From a virus (Duplodnaviria > Caudoviricetes): a stretch of 64,000 nt of DNA. This document shows positions 18,353 through 27,348 of the stretch, in pieces (position 1 is the stretch's first letter; every line of letters starts with the position of its first letter). The translations under genes were made by a program, and so were the position numbers. The notes beneath the pieces are model-generated. The model did not search any database. It worked only from the letters and a program-made list of their open reading frames with translations, and had not been told where the DNA came from. The stretch lies in the IMG/VR virus record IMGVR_UViG_3300010362_000012, positions 1 to 64,000 of that record; one strand, written 5' to 3'.

Positions 18353-19126
18353 TTACCACCAGTCCCAATCGCCGCCCCATCCCGATAGGCCAGGACCGTA
18401 GGTGTCATCGAACACCCCGCGCACGATTGACGGCGAGGAAGCATCGCGCGGTTCGGCCACGACTTTGATGCTCTCTTTTTCGGTGCTGTAGACCTGCAGC
18501 CAGGTCGTGTCAGGCGCGAAGCTGCCGTCGTCCGCCTGCTTGCCGAGCGCGTACGCCGCCGTCCACGCCATGAGCGCGTGATCGGATTCCCCCGGAATCG
18601 GATTGAAGCTGTCGGCGGTCAGCACCGGCAGCGTCGGCACGTAGACGAGGCGACACGGAATGTTGCTGCCGACCCGCGGCGCGTTGTAGATCGCCGGCAT
18701 CATCACGGGCGACCCGGCGTTCACCAAGGCCACGTAGACGATGCCCCCCGTGCTGACATCGATCGACGCCCGCTCGAGCGCGCTGGTGAAATCGAGCGAC
18801 GTCAGACTGGCCCGCTGGAACCTGATCGGCCGGTTGTAGTCACTCGCGTCGCGCGGCGTGAGAAGCAGGATGCGGAACAGATCGGAGGGAACCCCTACGA
18901 ATGCATCGGCAGCAGCGGGCAGTACGACTGTCGTGTTGATGCTGACGAAGTGGTCCTGATGGAGATCGACGAGCGCGCGCCAGAAATCCTTGCAGCCCGC
19001 GATCGTATGGGCGAGCAGCTCCGCGTCGTCCCAGAATTGATCAGGAGAGATCGCGCCGGATTGGACGAGCGGCGCGAGAATCTGCGTCCGCGTTCGGGCG
19101 ACGATTGCTCCCAGTCGCGTGGGCAC
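18353..19126 (-). CDS. Head-tail adaptor (tail tubular protein A / P22 gp4-like)
   Basis: N-terminal FWDDAELL helix pattern, size and position upstream of nozzle. Confidence 0.6.
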   Translation of the reverse strand: MPTRLGAIVARTRTQILAPLVQSGAISPDQFWDDAELLAHTIAGCKDFWRALVDLHQDHFVSINTTVVLPAAADAFVGVPSDLFRILLLTPRDASDYNRPIRFQRASLTSLDFTSALERASIDVSTGGIVYVALVNAGSPVMMPAIYNAPRVGSNIPCRLVYVPTLPVLTADSFNPIPGESDHALMAWTAAYALGKQADDGSFAPDTTWLQVYSTEKESIKVVAEPRDASSPSIVRGVFDDTYGPGLSGWGGDWDWW

Positions 19127-19132
19127 AATGCA

Positions 19133-19489
19133 TTAGCTCCAGAACAGGCGCACGCCGAGAATCGCGGTGGTGATCTCGAGCACGAAGCTCGTCACCGAAG
19201 GGTCGAGCGCGATCGTCGTCGGATCAGTGTCGTGCAGCCGGAGGCCGGTGTCCCCCGGCAACGCTTTGAGGAGGATCGCGTTCGTGTTGCCGGCCGGTGG
19301 GACGATCGTGACGGCGACGGCCGTCGCCACGCCGGTTTCCGGTATGTCGATCGTGTTGGCGCCGACCTCGAGATTGATCAACTGGATCATGCCGGGACTG
19401 GCGAGGTTCTGCAGCGCCTCCACGGTCTGCGTGAGCGTGAGATCGCCGGTGTAGGTGAACGTCGTCGTGCGCGCACAGGTCGTGCTCAT
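19133..19489 (-). CDS. Small beta-rich virion protein
   Basis: ATGA overlap; context. Confidence 0.6.
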   Translation of the reverse strand: MSTTCARTTTFTYTGDLTLTQTVEALQNLASPGMIQLINLEVGANTIDIPETGVATAVAVTIVPPAGNTNAILLKALPGDTGLRLHDTDPTTIALDPSVTSFVLEITTAILGVRLFWS

Positions 19490-19803
19490 TGCTCGACCCC
19501 GAGAATGTGTAACTTCTCGGCATTCGTGCCGAGGACGTAGAGCGCGGACAGCCGGAGCTGCCCCTGACCGACGGCTTCGAAGATGTAGGGCGCGGGCGGC
19601 ACGCCACCCGACGCGGCGGGCAACCGCACGCCGTGCGACGAGGACGAGACGGTCGAGGCCGTGCCCACGTACACCGGATTGGCATTCGCCGCGTCCGGTT
19701 GGATATGCAACTGCTGCCACGGGATGTCATCGCGCGCGGCGTTCGACAGCACGGTCGAAAGCTGCTGAGCACTCCCGTTCAGCGTCAACGTGTAGTCTTT
19801 CAC
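19486..19803 (-). CDS. Small beta-rich virion protein
   Basis: GGAG RBS, GTG start; NANPVYVG jelly-roll-like pattern. Confidence 0.6.
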   Translation of the reverse strand: MKDYTLTLNGSAQQLSTVLSNAARDDIPWQQLHIQPDAANANPVYVGTASTVSSSSHGVRLPAASGGVPPAPYIFEAVGQGQLRLSALYVLGTNAEKLHILGVEQ

Positions 19804-19815
19804 GCGATGACTCCT

Positions 19816-21261
19816 TCAGGCGGCATCGCGCCACCGATAGCGTGTGCGGAGTTCGGCCGGTGTGCCACCTTGGCCTCCGGTGCCGAGGTTGTAGTGATTG
19901 GCGATCTGCGCCGGCGTCAGCGCGGCCTTGTAGACAGCCACTTCGGCGAGGTCACCGTTCAGCACAATCGTGCCCGCATAGCCGCCCAGTTCGGTCGCCG
20001 CCGTGGTGCCGATATTGACCCCCGCCGTGATAGCCGTCACCGGACCAATCGCCACGCCGTTGCTGTAGAGCGTGATCGTGTTCGCCGTGCGCGAGACCAC
20101 CGCGACAAGATGGCGCCAGCGGAGGTCGGTAAAGAGTGTTGGCACACCGACCGCACTGGCCCAAAGCGTCGTGCCATCTGACACCTGACCATACAGTCCT
20201 GGCGAGGTGTCCGTCACAATGCGGATGCCAGCGACCGATGATCCCGCCCCCTTCATGTCCACGACATCCTGATTCCCGCCGCCCAGATACCGCACCCAGC
20301 ATTCCAGCGTCACCGGCCCCGTCCCGAATGTTTGGTACGTCCCGGTCGCCACCGTCACACGTCCCGTCGATCCGTTGAAGCGATACGCGACTGAACCCGC
20401 ATACGGCCCCGGCACGTTGAGCGTGACGCCGCCGCTGATCGTGCCGTTCGCGCCGGCGATCGAATCCACGGCACTCGTCCCACTGGTTTCTTGCAGCCGC
20501 CAATAGGCACTCGCGCCGTCGGCGATCACTTGCTTGGTGTAGCCGATTGGAGGCCCAGCCGCCGCGTGGGCGGACACTTGCGTCGCCGTCAGTGCGACCG
20601 GATAAAACGCGACATCATCGACGCTCCCGATAAAATTATTCGGGGATGCGCCGCCAGCGGAGTACGATCCGATCGCGAGCGCCGTAGATGGCGTGCAATC
20701 CAAACCCGCCGTCCCGACATCGCTTTGATTGTCGAGGACGCCATCGACGAACACGCGCACGCGATCATGCACGCCGTCATAGAGACGTTCCATCACGCCG
20801 ATGACGTGCCGCCACGCGCCATTGTTCAGGGTGTTCACATTGCCCGTGATGCTGCCTGACGTGACGCCATTTGAGAGCCGGAACGTAATTCGATGGGTAG
20901 CGTCCAGAGACAACGCGAACCCCGCATTGGCGGATCCGGCGGTTTTGGTGTCAACGAAAAATTGCCCACCGCCAGCCGCTGAGTCCGTCGTTTTGATCCA
21001 ACACTCGATGGAGAACCCTATCGCCGCCGGGATCGGATAACTCAGCATCCCTGGCACGTTGACGTAATGCCCCGTGGCCCCGTCAAACGCCATCGCTTTA
21101 TTGCCATCCTCGATGGCACCGACTTGATTCAGCGTCACGCCGGCCGCAATCGTGCCGTTGCGACTGCCGATGCTGTCAGCCGCTGTCGTCCCAGACAGTT
21201 CCCCTAACCGCCAGTAAGCGACAGCTCCATCGGCCGCAACAAGATCGGAGTACCGGCCCAT
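19816..21261 (-). CDS. Tandem LamG/concanavalin-A-like lectin domain protein
   Basis: Two copies of AYWRL.E.SGT.A.DSI...NGTI.G.TLN, SIECWIK/TLECWVR, WRHV/WRHL, DDVAFY/AEVAVY. Confidence 0.85.
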   Translation of the reverse strand: MGRYSDLVAADGAVAYWRLGELSGTTAADSIGSRNGTIAAGVTLNQVGAIEDGNKAMAFDGATGHYVNVPGMLSYPIPAAIGFSIECWIKTTDSAAGGGQFFVDTKTAGSANAGFALSLDATHRITFRLSNGVTSGSITGNVNTLNNGAWRHVIGVMERLYDGVHDRVRVFVDGVLDNQSDVGTAGLDCTPSTALAIGSYSAGGASPNNFIGSVDDVAFYPVALTATQVSAHAAAGPPIGYTKQVIADGASAYWRLQETSGTSAVDSIAGANGTISGGVTLNVPGPYAGSVAYRFNGSTGRVTVATGTYQTFGTGPVTLECWVRYLGGGNQDVVDMKGAGSSVAGIRIVTDTSPGLYGQVSDGTTLWASAVGVPTLFTDLRWRHLVAVVSRTANTITLYSNGVAIGPVTAITAGVNIGTTAATELGGYAGTIVLNGDLAEVAVYKAALTPAQIANHYNLGTGGQGGTPAELRTRYRWRDAA

Positions 21262-21298
21262 CGTTTGCTATTCGCCTTGCATGTCCCGTACGCGGGCG

Positions 21299-21388
21299 AT
21301 GAAGAAACACCAGAGCTTGATCGTGATCGCGCTGATCTGTTTCGCCGTGGTGTTGCTCGTCCTGATCGTTTTTGTCCGACTCCAGTAA
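21299..21388 (+). CDS. 29-aa single-TM peptide antisense to the virion operon
   Basis: MKKHQSLIVIALICFAVVLLVLIVFVRLQ; fills the intergenic gap; weak RBS; not in ORF track. Confidence 0.45.
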   Translation: MKKHQSLIVIALICFAVVLLVLIVFVRLQ

Positions 21389-21395
21389 GTCTTCT

Positions 21396-21932
21396 TTAGC
21401 TCTCGAGCGCGTACGTTAGCGCGATGTCGATCGCCGTCGCCGTGGTGAAGCTGCTGCCCGTCTTCCCGATCGTGATCGCGGTGTTCGCATCGTTCTGCAC
21501 AAACGAGGCGCCGTCGGCGAGGACCGTGACGCCGGTTGAGCCAGGGCGCAGGACGGTTGACTGTGTCAGGTTCGCCTGCGCGAAGGTGACGAGCTTGACG
21601 CTCGCGCTGCTCTGCGTACCGAGAATATCGACGGTCGTGCCCGCCGCGGCGGCACCACCGACCGCGATGGCCTGCACGTCGATCAATCGATACTTGCGGC
21701 CGGCGACGGCCGGCAGCAGCGTCAGGCCGGCGTTGACGTCGGCGATCGCGACGCGCGTACGGAGACTCCGCACTTGCGTCGCGGGGCTGCCGCTCGAACC
21801 CGACGTGCCGGTGCCGACGACGAGCTCGTTGGTCAGGCCATCGACGTACACGCCGTTCGCGTTCGGCGTGTTCGCGAAATCCGGCGGCGCCCCACCCGTC
21901 GCCGGCCCGCGCTCAATCCAGTGTTGCGGCAT
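21396..21932 (-). CDS. Putative capsid decoration/minor virion protein
   Basis: GGAGG RBS; small beta-rich protein in head module. Confidence 0.6.
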   Translation of the reverse strand: MPQHWIERGPATGGAPPDFANTPNANGVYVDGLTNELVVGTGTSGSSGSPATQVRSLRTRVAIADVNAGLTLLPAVAGRKYRLIDVQAIAVGGAAAAGTTVDILGTQSSASVKLVTFAQANLTQSTVLRPGSTGVTVLADGASFVQNDANTAITIGKTGSSFTTATAIDIALTYALES

Positions 21933-21942
21933 GGAATCCTCC

Positions 21943-22524
21943 CTACGGCGCGGTGATCGCGAAGCCGTCGCCACCGTCCGCCGCCGCCGAAATCGTGAAC
22001 GTATCGGCGAGCGTGACGAGCGCGAACCGCAGACCGTTCGCGACGGCGAGGCCGTTCGGGTTCACGTACAAGCCCTCGTAGAGCGTGCCGGGGTTGCCGC
22101 TCGACACGGCGCCAAGCGGAATCACGAGACGGCTCGCGGCGGTCATGCCCGAGAGCGCGCCGTCCGTGCCGTCGTCGAAAAATTTCAAATAGCTGGCTGT
22201 CGAGGATCCGGCGACGTTCGTCTTGCGGATGTAGACACCATACAGCCGCGTCGCGATCAGGCCGTAGAGGCCGCCGGTGGACGCCGTGATCAGCCCGCTG
22301 GTCGAGTTGACGAGCGGCGTGAAGCGCGCCTGCGGCGCCTGGAGGTGCTGCGCCATCCATCGCCGCAAGCCATCGAAGGCCCGCTGCGCGCCGGGCGTCG
22401 CGCCGGCAAGCGCCATGTCCACGCGTTGCCAGATGGCGGACTCCGCTTCGATGGCGGCCGCCGCCGCCTGGTTCGCCCACAGATAGCCGTCGGGCGACTG
22501 CGTAAATTGCTTCGTCCAGTTCAT
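21943..22524 (-). CDS. Putative minor virion protein
   Basis: GGAGA RBS; context. Confidence 0.6.
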   Translation of the reverse strand: MNWTKQFTQSPDGYLWANQAAAAAIEAESAIWQRVDMALAGATPGAQRAFDGLRRWMAQHLQAPQARFTPLVNSTSGLITASTGGLYGLIATRLYGVYIRKTNVAGSSTASYLKFFDDGTDGALSGMTAASRLVIPLGAVSSGNPGTLYEGLYVNPNGLAVANGLRFALVTLADTFTISAAADGGDGFAITAP

Positions 22525-22802
22525 CGGCCGTCTCCTCGTGATTGAGTTTTCCGACGCAGCGCCGCGATCGATCCGTTCGGGGACGGCGGCAGCTCGATGT
22601 CTTCCCGCTTCCTTGGGAGCAGCGATTGCAATTTCAAGCCGACGCCGGCGAGCTTGTCGATCAGTCCCGGTTGCTGCGCGTACCAGTTCTGCAGCCAGTC
22701 CATCGTGGCCGCATCCTTGTCGGGCGGCGCCGGCGCCGGCATGCGCGACTCGCCCGACCAGAAGACATTGGGCGTAAACGGCCGGCGCGGGTCGTCGGGC
22801 AT
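22521..22802 (-). CDS. Hypothetical protein
   Basis: TGATG and ATGA coupling. Confidence 0.55.
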   Translation of the reverse strand: MPDDPRRPFTPNVFWSGESRMPAPAPPDKDAATMDWLQNWYAQQPGLIDKLAGVGLKLQSLLPRKREDIELPPSPNGSIAALRRKTQSRGDGR

Positions 22803-23131
22803 CAGTCCTTCTCGGTCACGGTGAACGTCGCCGCACCCCGGCGGCCATCGGTCGTCGTCACCACGAGCTCGCCGCTCGTCGCGCCGTACGGCACGAGCGT
22901 CTGGATCACCAGCGGCGTCCAGAGCACGACGGGTGCCGGCACTTCATTGAGAAACAGCGTGCCCGGTTGATCGCCGAAGTCGGTGCCGGTGATCACAATC
23001 GCCGTGTGCTCCGGTCCACTGCTGGGATCAAGCGTGAACGCAAGCGTGGTCGGGTCGGCGATGGACATCCGCATCGAGGTCGGCACCGCTACATCATTCG
23101 GTTCGTCGTCGTGCTCGACTCGTTTCGTCAT
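22802..23131 (-). CDS. Single IPT/TIG domain protein
   Basis: LDPSSGPEHTAIVITGTDFG...VPYGATSGELVVTT. Confidence 0.8.
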   Translation of the reverse strand: MTKRVEHDDEPNDVAVPTSMRMSIADPTTLAFTLDPSSGPEHTAIVITGTDFGDQPGTLFLNEVPAPVVLWTPLVIQTLVPYGATSGELVVTTTDGRRGAATFTVTEKD

Positions 23132-23700
23132 GCGCTTGGCTCCGTGGGGGGCGGCAGGTCGCTGGGTCTTCCGGCGTTGAGGACTCGCTCGCCTGTTCGG
23201 GCCTGAAGACTTCGCCACGCGTCACCTGTTGCGTGATAGACGTCGTCGCGCACCTCGCGATCGATTCCGCGGCGCTCGGCGGCATCGCGTTCATCCAGCA
23301 TCTCGCCGTATTTCGATCCGCCTTCGAACATCGCCTTCTTGACGCGATCCTCCGTGAGCGGCCCGCCTTCGACCGCCCAGGTATCCCGCGCCGCGAGCTC
23401 GCCGACGACGTAGGTGAGAAAGCCTTCGCTCCAGCCGTCGGTACTGGCGATCCACGTCACCGGCACCAGGTCATGCTTGACGAACATGGCCGTGTCGTTC
23501 TGGTCGTCGATGATCGCCTCACCCGTCAGGCCTTTGCTGTAGCGTTTCACCCGCGCCAACCACCAGACGGGTTTTTTGCGACCGGGCAGCATCCGCAAAT
23601 CCGCATCGAAGGCCCACAATCCCTGCTGCCACCAGAGCGGTGGCGGCTCGAGGTTGAAGGGATTCAGATCCCGCACGTAGATCGCGCCCAGCTCGATCAT
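23128..23700 (-). CDS. Hypothetical head-module protein
   Basis: Start at ATG 23700 (ATGA overlap). Confidence 0.65.
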   Translation of the reverse strand: MIELGAIYVRDLNPFNLEPPPLWWQQGLWAFDADLRMLPGRKKPVWWLARVKRYSKGLTGEAIIDDQNDTAMFVKHDLVPVTWIASTDGWSEGFLTYVVGELAARDTWAVEGGPLTEDRVKKAMFEGGSKYGEMLDERDAAERRGIDREVRDDVYHATGDAWRSLQARTGERVLNAGRPSDLPPPTEPSA

Positions 23701-24095
23701 CGGCGTTCGGCGTCGTCCTGCAGGTTGACCGTCTCCACGCCCTGGCGCGCATCGAAGTGCGTCGGGCCGCCCGCGTTCATGCCCTTCACCTTGCGGCCGA
23801 CGCCCAGTACCTTGGTGCGATCGATCCGTTCGCCGGCGTTGCTCTGCTCGAGCGGCGAGCAGTCGCCGAAGGGATCGCGCGCGCCTTTGATGCCGAACAG
23901 CGACGTGAAGAGATTCGGGTCGCCGAGCGGATCCTCTGAGCCGAGCAGCGGGTTCTGCTTGACTGCCGCAACGGCGATCGCGGTCGGCACGTTCGGCGTC
24001 TCGCCGGGTTCGAAGTGGTAGTGCGTGCCGTCCCACTGCGCCGACAGCATCTTCGTGGTGCGGTTGACGAGCAGGACGGTATCCCCGAATTGCAT
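23697..24095 (-). CDS. Hypothetical head-module protein
   Basis: GAGGG RBS; coupled to next gene. Confidence 0.7.
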   Translation of the reverse strand: MQFGDTVLLVNRTTKMLSAQWDGTHYHFEPGETPNVPTAIAVAAVKQNPLLGSEDPLGDPNLFTSLFGIKGARDPFGDCSPLEQSNAGERIDRTKVLGVGRKVKGMNAGGPTHFDARQGVETVNLQDDAERR

Positions 24096-24107
24096 GAGCA
24101 GTTCCCT

Positions 24108-24641
24108 CTATGAACAGGCGACGGTGGCGCCGGGCACAGCCCCATTCGTCGTCGCCGGCGTGAACGTACAGCCGACGCTCAGCACGCGTGTGCCTGGCGG
24201 TTGTTCCACGGTGATCGTCGCGCTGGTGAACGACAGGTCGGTGATGGCTTCCGTCCAATTGGGGTTGGCGCAATCGGGCGCGCCGGGAATGATCGCCACG
24301 GGCGCAATGGTCACCACATCGAATGGCGTCGTCCCGTTTTTGATCGCCTCCTCCGGAATCGCCTGACTGCCAGAGACGCTGATCGGCGCGGGGTTCTGCC
24401 CCGGTGCCGCATTGCCGCCCTGGTTGGTGCAGGTTGCCGTGACGTTGGCCGTGGCGGCCAGCGTGACGAGGACATCCCCGTTGCCTAACCCCGCGAGCGA
24501 TGCCGCGGCTTCCAAGGCCAGTCCGAGATCATTGAAGCTGGGTTGCGCGTTCGCGCCGCCTTTCAGATGCACGCTGTTCGCGAGCAGGGTCACGCCCAGC
24601 AGGATCAACGCGAGACTCAGTCCGATTCGTCGCATGGTCAT
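24108..24641 (-). CDS. Secreted/periplasmic protein with Sec signal peptide
   Basis: MRR + hydrophobic core + LLA-NS cleavage-like site; 3 Cys; GAGGAG RBS. Confidence 0.7.
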   Translation of the reverse strand: MTMRRIGLSLALILLGVTLLANSVHLKGGANAQPSFNDLGLALEAAASLAGLGNGDVLVTLAATANVTATCTNQGGNAAPGQNPAPISVSGSQAIPEEAIKNGTTPFDVVTIAPVAIIPGAPDCANPNWTEAITDLSFTSATITVEQPPGTRVLSVGCTFTPATTNGAVPGATVACS

Positions 24642-24673
24642 GCTCTCCTCGTCAGTCGTCGAATCTCGATTCG

Positions 24674-25999
24674 CTATTCACCACGCACGACAACGAACGT
24701 CATGCCAGTTAGGCCGTCGAGCCGCGCGCACTTGCCAGGATTGCGGCAAAACAGGTTGTAGCGCTTGTAATACCACGCCTCCCAACTGTGGCGCGCTGCC
24801 ACGCCGGTTCCATCTCGGACGAGGATCTCGCCGCTGGTGCCGCTCACCCACTTGCCTTTCTCGCTGGTGTACCTCACGAAGTCGCCGCCGGTCGTGTCCA
24901 CGAGGAACATGCTTCGCAGCGGCAGGGTGCGGATCGCTTTGTACGCGACGGACCCCATCGTCAGGTCTTCCTGCTGGAACGCGCGCGTGCCGCCGTCGGG
25001 ATTCATGCGGCTCGATTGATCGGCGTAGCGGCGATCGGCCTGGGTCAGCAGGATGTAGACGCGACGCACCGAGTGATGCGACCAGATCGCATTGACCTCG
25101 CCGTCGAGTCGCTGGTTGACGATGTCGCTCACGCGCTGCAGCAGATCGAACGACAACGCGCCGGTCGAGGCCGAGACGTAGGACGTGTAGTTCGGGTAGA
25201 GCGCGCGATCGACGCCGAAATAGTTCTGTCGGTAGGTCCCGTCATCGATGAGCGCGGTGATGCCCCAGGGCGCTTTCTCGTACGCGGTATCGAGCGCATC
25301 GGTGACGGACGTGTTCGCCGCCTGCACCACGTAGTCGCCCGTCGTCCAGCTCGGCGCGGCCGACACCGTCACGTCGGTGCCGTCGCTGTTGACTGCCGTG
25401 ACTTTCGGCGTATTCGTGCGGATGACACCGTTTGCGGGATTGATCGCAGCGAGCGTCATGCCGCGCTTGATGAAGCGATTGCCGAACGCGCTCGTGATCG
25501 CGACGCCGGTCGAGGAGACGTTGCCGGGGGAATTGAGCTCGAGCGTCGTGCCCGATGTGGTAGCATCGACAATCGCGAAGACGCCCCGCCCATCACTCCC
25601 CAGGTAAAATTCTTCTCGATAGGCGATGTCATCGATGAGACGCTCCATGTTCTCCGAGCGTGTCGATCGATACGCGCCCTCGCGTGACTGCGTGTCATCG
25701 AGTTGTTCCTGCGTGACACGCCACCGCGCCATGATCTTGCGCTGCGTGATGAACCCGGTGATGTACTTCTGATTGTCGGCGACCGGGATCGCGCTATCGG
25801 AGCCGACGGCCATCGGGGAGTTGTTTCTCTCGACGTGCGCGCTCCACTCTTTTCCGCGCCCGCCGTCCCAGGGGGAATCTTTGGGTTTGAATGCGTCGCG
25901 GAGCTGAAACTTTTTCAGCACGCCTTCGGCGATGACATCCTCGTAGGTCGTTTTGAGGAGGCCGTCCTCTGTCGCAGCATCTGATCCGGGTCCAGCCAT
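24674..25999 (-). CDS. Major capsid protein (HK97 fold)
   Basis: 441 aa after scaffold; LLKTTYED start, YLGSDGRG, GITALIDDGT, C-terminal RNPGKCARLDGL. Confidence 0.85.
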   Translation of the reverse strand: MAGPGSDAATEDGLLKTTYEDVIAEGVLKKFQLRDAFKPKDSPWDGGRGKEWSAHVERNNSPMAVGSDSAIPVADNQKYITGFITQRKIMARWRVTQEQLDDTQSREGAYRSTRSENMERLIDDIAYREEFYLGSDGRGVFAIVDATTSGTTLELNSPGNVSSTGVAITSAFGNRFIKRGMTLAAINPANGVIRTNTPKVTAVNSDGTDVTVSAAPSWTTGDYVVQAANTSVTDALDTAYEKAPWGITALIDDGTYRQNYFGVDRALYPNYTSYVSASTGALSFDLLQRVSDIVNQRLDGEVNAIWSHHSVRRVYILLTQADRRYADQSSRMNPDGGTRAFQQEDLTMGSVAYKAIRTLPLRSMFLVDTTGGDFVRYTSEKGKWVSGTSGEILVRDGTGVAARHSWEAWYYKRYNLFCRNPGKCARLDGLTGMTFVVVRGE

Positions 26000-26043
26000 G
26001 ATGCATCCTCACTCAGCCCATTGACGCGCGCGAGAACCGGGGA

Positions 26044-26928
26044 TCAGCGCCCGAGTGCTTCGGCTTCCTTCTCAGCGTGCTCGAGCATCTGCTGCACGGT
26101 CATGTTGCTGTAATCCGGTTTGCCTTTTTGCGTGACCACCGGCGCGGCCGGCCCGCTGCGCGGCACGGGGCGCCGCAGCATCGGGATGGTGGCCTGGCGC
26201 CGCGCGGGTTCGAGCATGTCGGTGACGTACTCCTTCACGAAGTCGTCGATCAGCGTCTCGTCGTTGGCCTCGTAGCGTCGCGCGAACGCCGCGTGTCCCT
26301 GCGGGTCCGTGCGCTCGTCGGGAATGAGGGCGCCGAACGCCGCGCGCAATTTGCCCTGTTGGCCGGGCGTCAACGCGTCCACACCGATCTCGGTGGCGAA
26401 GGCCTCGTCGAGACGGTCGAGGAACCGATCGGTGTGGGCATTCCAGACGTGATCGCGGGCCGCGGTGATCGAGCTTCCGTCCTGGACCAACGCCGCGACG
26501 CTCCGAATCAATTCCGGCGTGACGTAGCGCAAGTGCGCGAACTGCGGCAGGCTGTAGAACGCGTTGGCGATCTGCTCCGCTTCCGCCTGTTTCGGATCCG
26601 ACGGAGCCACGCCGGCGAGGGCGGCGATGCGGCGGTTCTGTTCGGCGATGTAGCCGCGCGCGCGCTCGAGCTCGCTCGCCGTGCGATTGACCGCCGCTTC
26701 CGCGCGCCGGTAGCGATCGGGATCGATCCAGGCCGAGCGATCTTCCTTGTAGGTGAACGTCTTCTCGCCGCCGGCCGCCGCCGCGCCGTCGGCCGCTACA
26801 GGAGCCTGGGCCGGGGCTGCCGCCCCATCACCGCCAGGGGGGCTGACAGTGCTCCCAGTGGCGCCACCGCCGGCGCCAGACTCCGCAGCAAAGTACACAG
26901 TCGGGCTGTCCCAATGAGTGAGTGTCAT
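26044..26928 (-). CDS. Capsid scaffolding protein
   Basis: Between portal and capsid; A/G-rich N-terminus, helical body. Confidence 0.65.
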   Translation of the reverse strand: MTLTHWDSPTVYFAAESGAGGGATGSTVSPPGGDGAAAPAQAPVAADGAAAAGGEKTFTYKEDRSAWIDPDRYRRAEAAVNRTASELERARGYIAEQNRRIAALAGVAPSDPKQAEAEQIANAFYSLPQFAHLRYVTPELIRSVAALVQDGSSITAARDHVWNAHTDRFLDRLDEAFATEIGVDALTPGQQGKLRAAFGALIPDERTDPQGHAAFARRYEANDETLIDDFVKEYVTDMLEPARRQATIPMLRRPVPRSGPAAPVVTQKGKPDYSNMTVQQMLEHAEKEAEALGR

Positions 26929-26950
26929 GACGCCGTGCCTTTCCCGAACA

Positions 26951-27071
26951 GGTGTTACGCGGGATTGCGTATTACACGATCGCGGTTTGGGTCGTACGCG
27001 TGAGGTCGGGTCTTACGCGAGTGTGCGACCGGAGGGAGGTCGCAGCGGTTTGTTACACGAGGTCGTACGCG
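26951..27071. repeat. Six copies of an 11-bp motif (consensus GGTNKTACRCG), putative operator array
   Basis: Copies at 26951, 26968, 26990, 27009, 27049, 27061; same motif twice at 33345-33367. Confidence 0.65.
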
Positions 27072-27075
27072 GTGG

Positions 27076-27105
27076 ACTATACACCCGAGTTTTGGGCCAT
27101 GCCAA
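27076..27105 (-). promoter_or_regulatory. Sigma70-like promoter for the scaffold/capsid operon
   Basis: TTGGCA-N18-TATAGT upstream of the motif array. Confidence 0.5.
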
Positions 27106-27111
27106 GCCTGC

Positions 27112-27348
27112 TCATCCGGTGCCGGTGGGGTTGATGGCCTCAAGGTACCGCTGGCGCTCTTCCTGGCCGGTGACCTGGAGCACCCGCGGCGGCAAACTGT
27201 TGAGTTGGGTCTGCCAGTACGCCTGATCGTCCGGCGTCGTGGCGGCATCCAGCTTCGCATGCAGCGCGTTGTAGGTCGCGCGCTCGGTCGGCGACAACGT
27301 CGGGCCTGATCGGGTCGCGCGCATCAACGCCGCGAGCGCATCCCGCAT
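27112..27348 (-). CDS. Hypothetical protein
   Basis: ATG immediately follows portal stop. Confidence 0.55.
   Translation of the reverse strand: MRDALAALMRATRSGPTLSPTERATYNALHAKLDAATTPDDQAYWQTQLNSLPPRVLQVTGQEERQRYLEAINPTGTG

Noticed and set aside
24650-24675. cgaatc-tc-gattcg hairpin after the capsid stop as a terminator
   Set aside because: Two-nt loop and no U-tract.
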